Of a stretch of 64,000 nucleotides of DNA, positions 28,906-37,831 are shown piece after piece (the stretch's first letter is position 1; every line of letters starts with the position of its first letter). The position numbers and the translations under genes were made by a program. The stretch is from Candidatus Gastranaerophilales bacterium (GTDB lineage Bacteria; Cyanobacteriota; Vampirovibrionia; Gastranaerophilales; Gastranaerophilaceae): assembly GCA_944325825.1 (NCBI GenBank), contig CALVBP010000003.1, positions 16,081-80,080 on the forward strand, written 5' to 3'. The notes beneath the pieces are model-generated. The model was not told the origin of the DNA. It did no database searches and worked only from the letters and a program-made list of their open reading frames with translations.

Positions 28906-29718
28906 CTATGCAAGAGTATCCAAACTTTTAAAAGCACTTTCTGCAATCTGAACATCAAGATGAGCCGTGCTGCCGTCCGATTCAACCTCTACCAATGCAA
29001 ACATTCCGGTTTTATCCAGTTTTGTCTTTAATTCCTGAGCTTGTGCAAGAGTTAACCCGCCGCCCAAATCAAGTTTTGGATTTTCTCTATTATAATGACT
29101 TGCCGAGCTTTCACTTTTAACATGCGGAGATGTTTTTGTCCCCAGGGCTGAAGTTACGACAATATCTTCACCTATCATGTCCGAAACTTTTTCAAGTATA
29201 GCACCCGTGCCTTTTCTGGCATACGGAATGTCATTTATAAATGATGCATCACTTATAGACCAACCCTTTCCGCCGGACAATCTTTCAAGAGCGGAATCTG
29301 CTGCCGCCGCCTTGAGGGCAGCATCTCTGCTCATCGTTGAATAAGATATTCCGGTTGAAGGAGATGAACTTTGTAAATCCCATTGAAACTTCGTTTTCTC
29401 AGGAACTTTATAATCAGACCAAGAAAATCTGAACATATCATTATTCTTAAAGTTTACTGAATTATTACCGGTTGCTTTAAAAGATTTCCAAAAATCAGAA
29501 TAAAAATCTTTATTAGCTGTTTCATTTTCTGAAAAACCGTTATTCCAAATCCCTAAAGTATTAAAATTCCCTAATAAAGAAAAATTATTCCAATTATTCC
29601 ATAAGTTTAATCCGCCAAATGCAGCAGGCATGTTCCAAAAATTCCCGCTAAACGACGGAAGCTGAAGTTGATAACCCGCAAAGTTTATATTTTTGAATAT
29701 TGTAGATTCTATGGACAT
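28906..29718 (-). CDS. Hypothetical protein: low-complexity W/N/F N-terminus plus possible M15 (Hedgehog/DD-peptidase-like) C-domain
   Basis: IVVTSALG...SHYNRENPKLD...AHLDVQI. Confidence 0.55.
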   Translation of the reverse strand: MSIESTIFKNINFAGYQLQLPSFSGNFWNMPAAFGGLNLWNNWNNFSLLGNFNTLGIWNNGFSENETANKDFYSDFWKSFKATGNNSVNFKNNDMFRFSWSDYKVPEKTKFQWDLQSSSPSTGISYSTMSRDAALKAAAADSALERLSGGKGWSISDASFINDIPYARKGTGAILEKVSDMIGEDIVVTSALGTKTSPHVKSESSASHYNRENPKLDLGGGLTLAQAQELKTKLDKTGMFALVEVESDGSTAHLDVQIAESAFKSLDTLA

Positions 29719-29770
29719 AATTTCTCCTATAAATATATAAAGTATATAATGTTTGCATAATTGTCTTTTT

Positions 29771-29788
29771 GTTACAATTGTTTACACT
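29771..29788 (+). promoter_or_regulatory. HLR1-like direct repeat in divergent promoter region
   Basis: GTTACAAT-TG-TTTACACT. Confidence 0.45.
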
Positions 29789-29877
29789 GATGTTAGTCTA
29801 CATTTAATAAAGGATTTCAAAAGATGAATAATCGTTTATTATATTAAGTAGCAAATTGGAATATAAGGAGATGTTAG

Positions 29878-30264
29878 ATGAAAAGAATAATTTTAGCTTT
29901 AGGATTTTTGCTTGTTTTAAACAGCGCTGCATACGCCGACGGTAATGCATTTACACCGTTAAACTTTAATGATACCAGCTACGGAACCACATCAAATGCA
30001 GTTTATAATAAATCTATAGATGCGACGGCAAGCGAAGCTGTAGGCAACGGTAATATTCAAAATGCTTTAACTCAGCTTGAAAATGCCCAGGTTGATATTC
30101 GCAATGACCTTTTAAACTGCAAAACAAAATATGCTGATGTAGACGCACAGTATAAACTTATTAAAAACGAAAGATCCGCTTTGAAAAAACAAGTAAAAGC
30201 TATCGAAAAAAGAATTAAAGAAATAGATAATGCAAAAGAAAAAATCAGAAAAAATATGCTTTAA
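29878..30264 (+). CDS. Secreted coiled-coil hypothetical protein
   Basis: AAGGAG RBS, signal peptide, C-terminal heptads. Confidence 0.75.
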   Translation: MKRIILALGFLLVLNSAAYADGNAFTPLNFNDTSYGTTSNAVYNKSIDATASEAVGNGNIQNALTQLENAQVDIRNDLLNCKTKYADVDAQYKLIKNERSALKKQVKAIEKRIKEIDNAKEKIRKNML

Positions 30265-30286
30265 TTTTTATGAAGAATGAAGAGAG

Positions 30287-30316
30287 CGGCGGGTCTGATA
30301 AATATCAGACCCGCCG
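30287..30316. terminator. Intrinsic terminator between convergent genes
   Basis: CGGCGGGTCTGAT-aaat-ATCAGACCCGCCG. Confidence 0.8.
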
Positions 30317-30321
30317 TAGTT

Positions 30322-30639
30322 TTAATTTCTGTTTTGGAATAAAGTATCACTCCTGTCCTGAAGACACATTCCGAATTGACAGCTTGAATTATAACTGTAA
30401 TCTTTGTTTTGAGGACGGAAATCCCTCAACTGGCTTTCAACAGCATTGTTATTTGCAGGAGCGAGACGGGCCTCCGGAGAGTCTGCAAATTCATTAATCA
30501 TTGAATCTGTCTGATACGTCGGTGTCATAGGTTCTCTTATCTGTGCAATTGAACACGCAGTCTCGGTACCATCTACGGGGCAGGAAGCAAAGACAGGGGA
30601 TGAGATTAAAATAACGGCTGATATCAAAAACTTTTTCAT
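30322..30639 (-). CDS. Small secreted hypothetical protein with two Cys pairs
   Basis: AAGGAG RBS; signal peptide MKKFLISAVILISSPVFA; CPVDG..AC and SSCQFGMCL. Confidence 0.75.
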   Translation of the reverse strand: MKKFLISAVILISSPVFASCPVDGTETACSIAQIREPMTPTYQTDSMINEFADSPEARLAPANNNAVESQLRDFRPQNKDYSYNSSCQFGMCLQDRSDTLFQNRN

Positions 30640-30807
30640 AAGTTACTCCTTATTCACACTCTTTAGTGTACTTTAGTTTTTATAATTAACATTAGCTGTT
30701 CGGGCTACTCTAAAATATTGTTTTATATGTATTCTTATTTGAAAGTTTCCACTATTTGAAGGATTTTACAAAACTTAATATAATGTTAGCATACTAAAAG
30801 AAGGGGA

Positions 30808-32019
30808 TTGGAGGGCTGTTTTTTGTACGCATATAATCAGCAGAGAGAAGTCCGAACCTTACATGTAGTCCCGCAAAGACATGTTGTAAGAAGAAGGATT
30901 CAGCCAAAAAAAATCAGGGTTAAAAAAGTTAATCCTATTGTTGCTCTGTTTAGATTTGTTGTTGTAATGTCTTTTTTAGCAGCCTTCGCAGTATTTGTTT
31001 TGCCTGTAAGTTTTCACAGACTGGTAAAGCAGGTGTTTTTCTATTCCGGGATTCCTGTCAAAATATCTTACGAAAACAATATGAAAATACAAAACCCCGT
31101 TACGGATACATCAGTTAATCTATACAGCATTGCAAATCCTATTACAAACTATATAAGTAACGATTTATACAAAAACTACCTTCTTTTAACCCCTACTATT
31201 CAAAAAATGCATAGTGAAGTTACCACTATGTACCACACATCCGAAATGAGCGGATTAAAGAAACAGCTGCAAAATCTTATGGCTCAATACCCAGCTATCA
31301 AGCCTGCTATCTATGTTTGGGAATATGACAGAGGACAATATCTTGATATTAACGCAGAAAAAATTTATCCTGCTGCAAGTATAATCAAACTGCCCGTACT
31401 GGTCAGAATGTTTAAAGCAATTGAAGCAAATCAATTCACTATTTATGATGAGATGAAAATGCATGAACAATACCGTTCCTCCGGTTCAGGGAATCTACAG
31501 TACGCAAGAGCCGGCAATTCATATACAATAGATCATCTTGCCAAAATTATGATACAGGATTCCGATAATACTTCAACTAATATGATTATGGCAAAACTTG
31601 GCGGAATGGATGACATAAATATCGGACTGAGAGACTGGGGGATTTCAACCACTTATGTAAGAACCTGGCTTCCTGACTTAGGCGGAACAAATAAGACTAC
31701 TGCGGCAGACATTGCAAAAATTTTATACAACCTTGATAATCCCGGGTTTTTAAATATCAACTCCAGAGAAAGTATAATTGACTATATGAGTCATGTAAAA
31801 AATGACCGGCTTATACAGGCAGGGCTGGGCGACGGTGCATTATTTATACACAAAACCGGTGATATCGGCACCATGCTCGGAGATGCAGGAATTGTTTATG
31901 CACCAAACGGTAAAAAATATATAATTGTTATACTGGCAAACCGTCCTTACAATTCTCCACAGGGTAAAGACTTTATAGTTAAAGCTTCTGAGCTTATTTA
32001 CAAGACTATCGCAGGTTAA
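30808..32019 (+). CDS. Class A beta-lactamase-family serine hydrolase (cyanobacterial PBP-A-like)
   Basis: ASIIK (SxxK), SDN, HKTG; WLPD in place of the Glu166 loop; N-terminal TM; start may be TTG at 30823. Confidence 0.85.
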   Translation: MEGCFLYAYNQQREVRTLHVVPQRHVVRRRIQPKKIRVKKVNPIVALFRFVVVMSFLAAFAVFVLPVSFHRLVKQVFFYSGIPVKISYENNMKIQNPVTDTSVNLYSIANPITNYISNDLYKNYLLLTPTIQKMHSEVTTMYHTSEMSGLKKQLQNLMAQYPAIKPAIYVWEYDRGQYLDINAEKIYPAASIIKLPVLVRMFKAIEANQFTIYDEMKMHEQYRSSGSGNLQYARAGNSYTIDHLAKIMIQDSDNTSTNMIMAKLGGMDDINIGLRDWGISTTYVRTWLPDLGGTNKTTAADIAKILYNLDNPGFLNINSRESIIDYMSHVKNDRLIQAGLGDGALFIHKTGDIGTMLGDAGIVYAPNGKKYIIVILANRPYNSPQGKDFIVKASELIYKTIAG

Positions 32020-32036
32020 TTGTAAATTTTTGTTAA
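32019..32036 (-). promoter_or_regulatory. HLR1-like direct repeat
   Basis: Minus strand TTAACAAA-AA-TTTACAAT. Confidence 0.35.
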
Positions 32037-32139
32037 ATATCACCCCTATTTAGCGCAAATATTTTTATTTACGGCTTTTTTGATAGTATGATTAGAAAGT
32101 GTCTAAAAGGAGTAAGTTAGCATGAATTTCGTTCATCTC

Positions 32140-32157
32140 TTTACAAATTTTAACAAA
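32140..32157 (+). promoter_or_regulatory. HLR1-like direct repeat upstream of the haemagglutinin-like gene
   Basis: TTTACAAA-TT-TTAACAAA. Confidence 0.4.
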
Positions 32158-32212
32158 AAAGCAATTTTTAAAAGTATAGATTTTTTATATAAGTACATAG
32201 GTAATTAGAGGA

Positions 32213-34249
32213 TTGAAAATTATGAGAAATTTTGCAAAAAAACTATCAGCCATCGCTTTATGTACAGTATTTGCATCCATGCAAATAGCTTTTGCTGCCC
32301 CGATTGATACCGGTTTGGGCGGCGGTATCGGAGGTGCCGTAATAGATTCTACTCAAGGCGGGTTTGCAGGAGCTGACCTCTCAAAACCGGGTAATGCCGA
32401 CCTTAACTTTAACGGCAACGCTCATGTTAACTGGGGTTCTTTGAATATTAACAAAGGTGAAAGCCTTAATTTCAACGCTGTTGACGGTGCAAACGGACTT
32501 ACCATTGTTAACACTGTTAACGGAGGTATGTCTAAAATTTACGGCTCAATCAATGCGAATGACGGTATTGCAAAATTAATTATATCCAACCCGAACGGTA
32601 TGTTATTTGACGGGGCAAAATTTACTACAGCGGGAGATTTGATGTTAACAACTCAAGCTCTCGGTGTAAATTATGTTAACGGACAACTTGATATTTCAAA
32701 ATTAAATCAGGCTGCCATTAACGGTATTACAATTCAGAACACAGACTTCACTGTAGGCGGAGAATTTAACATCACAGCACCTTCAATTGAGATTATTAAA
32801 GGGGCTATTAACGCAGCTAACGGTTTAAAACTTGTTACCAGAAACGGTCAAGATTATTTAGTTGCTCCGGCTGAAGGTCAAAAAATCACTAATCCGGGAG
32901 TTAGATTAGAAACAGTAAGTGTTGACGGAAATGTTTATATTTTATCGGGAGAAGATATTGTTAAAGTTGTTAACGGCGGAACTATTAACGGCGATTTAAC
33001 AATTGATTCACAAGGTGTTGTGGCATTAAATTTTTCAAATGCTGATAAAAATCTTTTGCACATCACCGGAAATCTTGATGCAAAATCAACAGGCAGCGCT
33101 TCCACAAATATTATTGATGCTGCAACCGGCAACAATCTCGGCAGCATGATGTACGTCGCAAATACTAAAGTTGACGGTGATGTCTCATTAACTAATGCCG
33201 GCGGTATTATGGAAGTCGGAAACTTAACAACCGGCGGGGATGTTTCATTAACAACGACAACCGGTGTTAATGACCACATTAAACACTATGTTCACTTAAT
33301 CGGCAACAACTCTATCGGCGGAGACTTAAGTATAGATTCAATTCACAATATCCACATCGGCGGTTACAATTTTGAAGAAGGCCAAATTGCTGCAGGCAGC
33401 TTGAATGTAGCCGGGGCAATTGATGCATTGGCAAGAGAAGGCAGCATCGGGATTTCTGTTGATACCACAGCTGCAACAATAGCTCTTGAATCAGGGACAT
33501 TAAACATTATCACTGATGGTAAAGCTACTTTAACAGCTGATGAATACAGCTTAATTGCTAACGGTTATATCGGCGGCTTAGATTCAACCGAAAAATTTAT
33601 CGGCTCAATGGAAGGATACAAATTGCTTCCACCTGAAACATTATCACTCCTTAACGTTAACGGAGGAAAGATTACAGCTCTCGATGCCCCTTATGCAGCG
33701 GTTGGCTCTAAAACAAACCTCGATGTAACAGGTGTTAACGGTAATAAAGTTTATCTTGAAGCTGAAAACGACTTAAAGATTTCAGGCAACAATCACGCAG
33801 AACAAATCACTGTCGGCAACAAAACGGATAACTTAACAGTTGATACAGCAAGCAGAGATTATAATTTAAAATATACAAATATTCGAGATGCCCAAGAAAT
33901 CGTAATCAATGGTGATACTGAAATCACATACGAAATGGCAAACGGCGAAAACGGGTTAAACATTAACAGCAACGGAAGACCTGCTAACACTACTTACCTC
34001 GTAGTTGACGGCGGTGACCAACCGGGACCCGGCCCAGACCCGGAACCGCTTCCAAATCCGGAAGATAACGACAACGTTAAAATCTTGAACAACTTACAAA
34101 GAGATCAAATAAATGCAGCAATCGATGCAAACGCAGTATACACTCCGGTAGCATTCGCAGCTGACCTGGATGAAGAAATCGATAAAGGTGTTCGCAAGAA
34201 CGTTGACGGATCAGTAACAGTTGTTAAAACCTACGCTATGGGTAAGTAG
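32213..34249 (+). CDS. Filamentous haemagglutinin N-terminal (TPS) domain beta-helix protein
   Basis: Signal peptide, VNWGSLNINKGESLNF, SKIYGSINA, ISNPNGMLF (NPNG motif); Gly/Asn/Thr-rich beta-helix; start may be 32222. Confidence 0.8.
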   Translation: MKIMRNFAKKLSAIALCTVFASMQIAFAAPIDTGLGGGIGGAVIDSTQGGFAGADLSKPGNADLNFNGNAHVNWGSLNINKGESLNFNAVDGANGLTIVNTVNGGMSKIYGSINANDGIAKLIISNPNGMLFDGAKFTTAGDLMLTTQALGVNYVNGQLDISKLNQAAINGITIQNTDFTVGGEFNITAPSIEIIKGAINAANGLKLVTRNGQDYLVAPAEGQKITNPGVRLETVSVDGNVYILSGEDIVKVVNGGTINGDLTIDSQGVVALNFSNADKNLLHITGNLDAKSTGSASTNIIDAATGNNLGSMMYVANTKVDGDVSLTNAGGIMEVGNLTTGGDVSLTTTTGVNDHIKHYVHLIGNNSIGGDLSIDSIHNIHIGGYNFEEGQIAAGSLNVAGAIDALAREGSIGISVDTTAATIALESGTLNIITDGKATLTADEYSLIANGYIGGLDSTEKFIGSMEGYKLLPPETLSLLNVNGGKITALDAPYAAVGSKTNLDVTGVNGNKVYLEAENDLKISGNNHAEQITVGNKTDNLTVDTASRDYNLKYTNIRDAQEIVINGDTEITYEMANGENGLNINSNGRPANTTYLVVDGGDQPGPGPDPEPLPNPEDNDNVKILNNLQRDQINAAIDANAVYTPVAFAADLDEEIDKGVRKNVDGSVTVVKTYAMGK

Positions 34250-34281
34250 TTTAGGTAAGGGAATTAAATAAAGATGGTAAG

Positions 34282-34312
34282 AAAAGAGACCGGCACTAAA
34301 CCGGTCTCTTTT
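34282..34312 (+). terminator. Intrinsic terminator
   Basis: AAAAGAGACCGG-cactaaa-CCGGTCTCTTTT. Confidence 0.85.
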
Positions 34313-34372
34313 AATTTTATAAAAATACACAAGTCTATCGTAAGATAGTTAATTATGTGCTAAAATACTTTT

Positions 34373-34975
34373 ATGGACATTTTAAGAAGGCTTCTGAAAA
34401 AATTTAGAGAGATGGATAAGAAAAAGCGTACTTATCTCATTGCTATAATTTGCGTTGCAGGTGTAATGATATGGGCATTTGTATCAGCAGGAATTATTAC
34501 CAGTAACTTCAACAGAGCCCAGCTTAAAGATACTGAAAATGAACAAAAAGTTGATGCACTCGGAATTATTATTACAGAAACAAAAGACGGTAAAAAATAT
34601 TTTGAAATTTACGGAGAAAAAGGCAACTACAGTAACGAAGAAAGTTTGGCAATACTTCATAATGTTGTAGGTAACTTTTATAAGGATAATGAAGTAGCAA
34701 TGAGCTTTCAGTCCTCAAAGGGCTCCTATAATGAAGAAACCGGTGTGATTACATTATATGAAAACACTTACATTGTACTAAAAGACCAGACCTCTCTATC
34801 TACAGACAAACTCGTTTGGTCAGGTTCCGACAAAGATACTATTGCTGATGGAAATGTTATAATAAAAAAGGGTAATGAAATGACAGCTGTTGCTGATAAA
34901 TGTATAATAGGCGCAGGTTATGATAAGTTTAAAATAATAGGAAAAACTCAAACAAAATTGTATGGTGATAAGTAA
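34373..34975 (+). CDS. lptC: LPS export ABC transporter periplasmic protein LptC
   Basis: Single N-terminal TM then beta-jellyroll; LSTDKLVW; precedes LptA-like gene. Confidence 0.7.
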   Translation: MDILRRLLKKFREMDKKKRTYLIAIICVAGVMIWAFVSAGIITSNFNRAQLKDTENEQKVDALGIIITETKDGKKYFEIYGEKGNYSNEESLAILHNVVGNFYKDNEVAMSFQSSKGSYNEETGVITLYENTYIVLKDQTSLSTDKLVWSGSDKDTIADGNVIIKKGNEMTAVADKCIIGAGYDKFKIIGKTQTKLYGDK

Positions 34976-34984
34976 GGAGAATTA

Positions 34985-35938
34985 ATGAAAAAGATACTTA
35001 TAATCTCATTTTTAATATTTTCAAGCCTTGCGGTTTTTGCATCAGATTTAATTATTGAATCAAAAACCCAAACTTTTTCCGATAAGGAAAAGAAAATCAA
35101 ACTGGATGGAGGCGTTACGGTTAAGATTGATAATTTAACCGTTCAAAGTCCTCGAGCAGATGTCTCCATAAGACGCAACAACAGGCTTGATACAGCAACT
35201 TTCTATGACAAGCCTTATGCCTTTGAAGTAAATGCGAATAAAAAAAGAGAAGTTAAAGCAAATATATTACAGGTATCTTTAATTAATAAAATTGTAAGAG
35301 CGGAGGGAGATTCTCAATCAATCATTACGGAAGGGAACACTCCTATTGTAGTTATCAATGCAGACACTCAGGAGTATGATACTAAAAGCAGTGTAATGGT
35401 TGCAACAGGAGCTGTATCGATTAAATATAAAGATATAGAAAGTTTTTCAGACAAAGCAGTAATCATAGCTGATGAAAAGGGCGGACTGCGAAAAATTGAT
35501 CTGATTGGGAATGCTAAAGTTAAGCAGGAAAATAATAATTCAGAAGGGCATCATTTTATTTACAACCCGATAACAGAAGAAATGAGCGTTTCAGGAAACA
35601 CCAAGACCACAGCATTTACAGAAGACGGGAAAAAACTTGTTATTCATTCGGATTACCAACAGTATAATAAGAAACAAAACTCCTATATAGGAACCGGTCA
35701 TGTTAAAATCTGGTTTGATGAATATTATGCACAAGGACCTAAAGTCAGTGTTTTCCCGGATGCAAATACCGGAAAACCAAATGAAGTTTATTTTGTAGGA
35801 AGATCTAAGATTGTTCAGACAGACAAGGATATTATTGCTGATAAAATTAAAATGACTATGGATCCGAAAGATTTTGTAGCAGAAGGCAATGTAAGAACAA
35901 TTATTCATAATATAGATACAAAAGAAGAGGATTTATAA
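34985..35938 (+). CDS. LptA/OstA family protein (tandem beta-jellyroll)
   Basis: Signal peptide; IESKTQTF, ATGAVSIKY, IIADKI, AEGNVRT OstA-like strands. Confidence 0.7.
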   Translation: MKKILIISFLIFSSLAVFASDLIIESKTQTFSDKEKKIKLDGGVTVKIDNLTVQSPRADVSIRRNNRLDTATFYDKPYAFEVNANKKREVKANILQVSLINKIVRAEGDSQSIITEGNTPIVVINADTQEYDTKSSVMVATGAVSIKYKDIESFSDKAVIIADEKGGLRKIDLIGNAKVKQENNNSEGHHFIYNPITEEMSVSGNTKTTAFTEDGKKLVIHSDYQQYNKKQNSYIGTGHVKIWFDEYYAQGPKVSVFPDANTGKPNEVYFVGRSKIVQTDKDIIADKIKMTMDPKDFVAEGNVRTIIHNIDTKEEDL

Positions 35939-36708
35939 TGTCAGAAAAAATAGATAAGGCGATGAGCCTGTTTAAAGAGCATAAATACAACGAGGCGATT
36001 GATGCTTTCAGTTCCGTTTTGGAAACCGAGCCGGACAATGCGGATGTATATAACAATCTTGCTGTTGCATATTCTTGCGTAGGAGATTTTGAACAGGCAG
36101 AAAATTATTATATTAAAGCTCTTGAACTCGATCCGCAGCTTGCGCAGGCATACATAAATCTTTCAGACTTATACTACAAAGCCGGAGATTTAGCCTCCGC
36201 TGTAGGTACTCTGCAAAGAGGAAGCTATGAATTAACAGATAATATGGTTATAGCCCACCTTCTTGCAAGAGTATATATTGAAGACCAAAGATGGGATGAT
36301 GCTATTGAAGAATTGGACAAAGTCCTTGAAGATAATCCGGAAAATTATGATGCTTTTTATGATTTGGGACATGTGTATTTTGAACTAGGAGATTATGAAG
36401 GTGCTATTTCTTGTTTTGAAAATGTTGTAGCATACAAAGAAAATAACGAATTAATATACTACGCACTTGCTCAGGCTTATGAAGCTAATAACGAAATTGA
36501 TAAGGCAATTTCAAATTACTTAAAATCAATTGCCGTTAATGATAAATTTACCCTTGCATACAAAAAAGTCGGAATTCTTTTTATGGCAAGAGGAGATTAT
36601 GAAGACGCTATTGAGTATTTTGAAGATTATATTAATTTTGATATTCCGAAAGAAGAAAAGGACAGCGTTAATAAACTCATTGAAAGAATTCGGGCTAAAA
36701 TCGGCTAG
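35938..36708 (+). CDS. Tetratricopeptide repeat protein
   Basis: Multiple TPR units (YNNLAVAY, AYINLSDLY, AFYDLGHVYF). Confidence 0.9.
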   Translation: MSEKIDKAMSLFKEHKYNEAIDAFSSVLETEPDNADVYNNLAVAYSCVGDFEQAENYYIKALELDPQLAQAYINLSDLYYKAGDLASAVGTLQRGSYELTDNMVIAHLLARVYIEDQRWDDAIEELDKVLEDNPENYDAFYDLGHVYFELGDYEGAISCFENVVAYKENNELIYYALAQAYEANNEIDKAISNYLKSIAVNDKFTLAYKKVGILFMARGDYEDAIEYFEDYINFDIPKEEKDSVNKLIERIRAKIG

Positions 36709-36739
36709 GATATTTAATTATTTATGCTATGATTAGAGA

Positions 36740-37831
36740 ATGAATACAAAATACTGGACAGCTTTTTCATCAATAGAACAGTTGGATTCGACTTTTATCC
36801 GGAGACTTTATAATTACTTCGGAGAAATTGAAGCTGCTTATAATGCCTCCGAAAAAGATTTAAAACAAATAGAAGGACTTAGTGTCCGCAAAGCGGAATT
36901 TTTTATAGAAAAAAGAAGAAATCTTGATTTAAATAAAACCTTCGAATATGTGCTGGATAAGGGAATAAAAATTCTAACTTTTGATGATGAAAATTATCCG
37001 TACATGCTGAGACAAATTTCAGATCCGCCGGTTTGTCTTTATTATAAAGGAAACTTGTCTGAGTGCAATTTAGAAAAAACTCTTGCCTTTGTAGGTTCAA
37101 GAAGAGCCAGCTTTGGAGGTAAAGACAGTGTCAGGAAAATTATTTCGGACTTTGCAAACACTGATATATGTATTGTTTCAGGACTGGCAGCAGGAATTGA
37201 TTCCGTCTCCCACGAAAGCGCTCTTGATAATAATCTTAAAACAATCGGAGTTATCGCAAGCGGCTTAAATTATACCTATCCGGCCACAAACAAATACTTA
37301 TATGAACAAATTGAAAACGGCGGAGGAGCTGTTATAACAGAATATTACCCGACTTTTGAACCATTGAAATTCAGATTCCCTCAAAGGAACAGAATTGTCT
37401 CCGGTCTTTCTTACGGGACTGTTATTGCGGAAGCTGCAATAAGAAGCGGTGCTTTAATTACGGCCAACTTAACGCTGGAACAAGGACGTGAACTTATGTG
37501 TATTCCGGGCCCTATTTCCAGTTCAAATATGGAAGGAGTCTACAAACTGCTTAAAGACGGAGCGTCGATGGTAACTTCCGGAGATGACATACTCAATACC
37601 CTCGGATGGGAAGTTAAGCGGGTAGTTAACTCTGCTGATTCCGGAAAGTTAACAGAATTAAACATGGACGAAAAAAGACTTTTTGATATAATAAGTGTTG
37701 AGCCGAAAGGTTTTGATGAACTTATTGCCGCATCAGGCATGACCGCAGATGAGCTTTTAATCTGCCTGACGGGAATGGAGTTAAAAGGATTAATAGAACA
37801 GACAGCAGGAGACAGATATAAAAAAGCATGA
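36740..37831 (+). CDS. dprA: DNA-processing protein DprA
   Basis: LAFVGSR, IVSGLAAGID, FPQRNRIVSGLS, SGALITA. Confidence 0.95.
   Translation: MNTKYWTAFSSIEQLDSTFIRRLYNYFGEIEAAYNASEKDLKQIEGLSVRKAEFFIEKRRNLDLNKTFEYVLDKGIKILTFDDENYPYMLRQISDPPVCLYYKGNLSECNLEKTLAFVGSRRASFGGKDSVRKIISDFANTDICIVSGLAAGIDSVSHESALDNNLKTIGVIASGLNYTYPATNKYLYEQIENGGGAVITEYYPTFEPLKFRFPQRNRIVSGLSYGTVIAEAAIRSGALITANLTLEQGRELMCIPGPISSSNMEGVYKLLKDGASMVTSGDDILNTLGWEVKRVVNSADSGKLTELNMDEKRLFDIISVEPKGFDELIAASGMTADELLICLTGMELKGLIEQTAGDRYKKA

Noticed and set aside
30270-30497. 75-aa plus-strand ORF
   Set aside because: Spans a terminator hairpin and is antisense to a signal-peptide gene with a good RBS.
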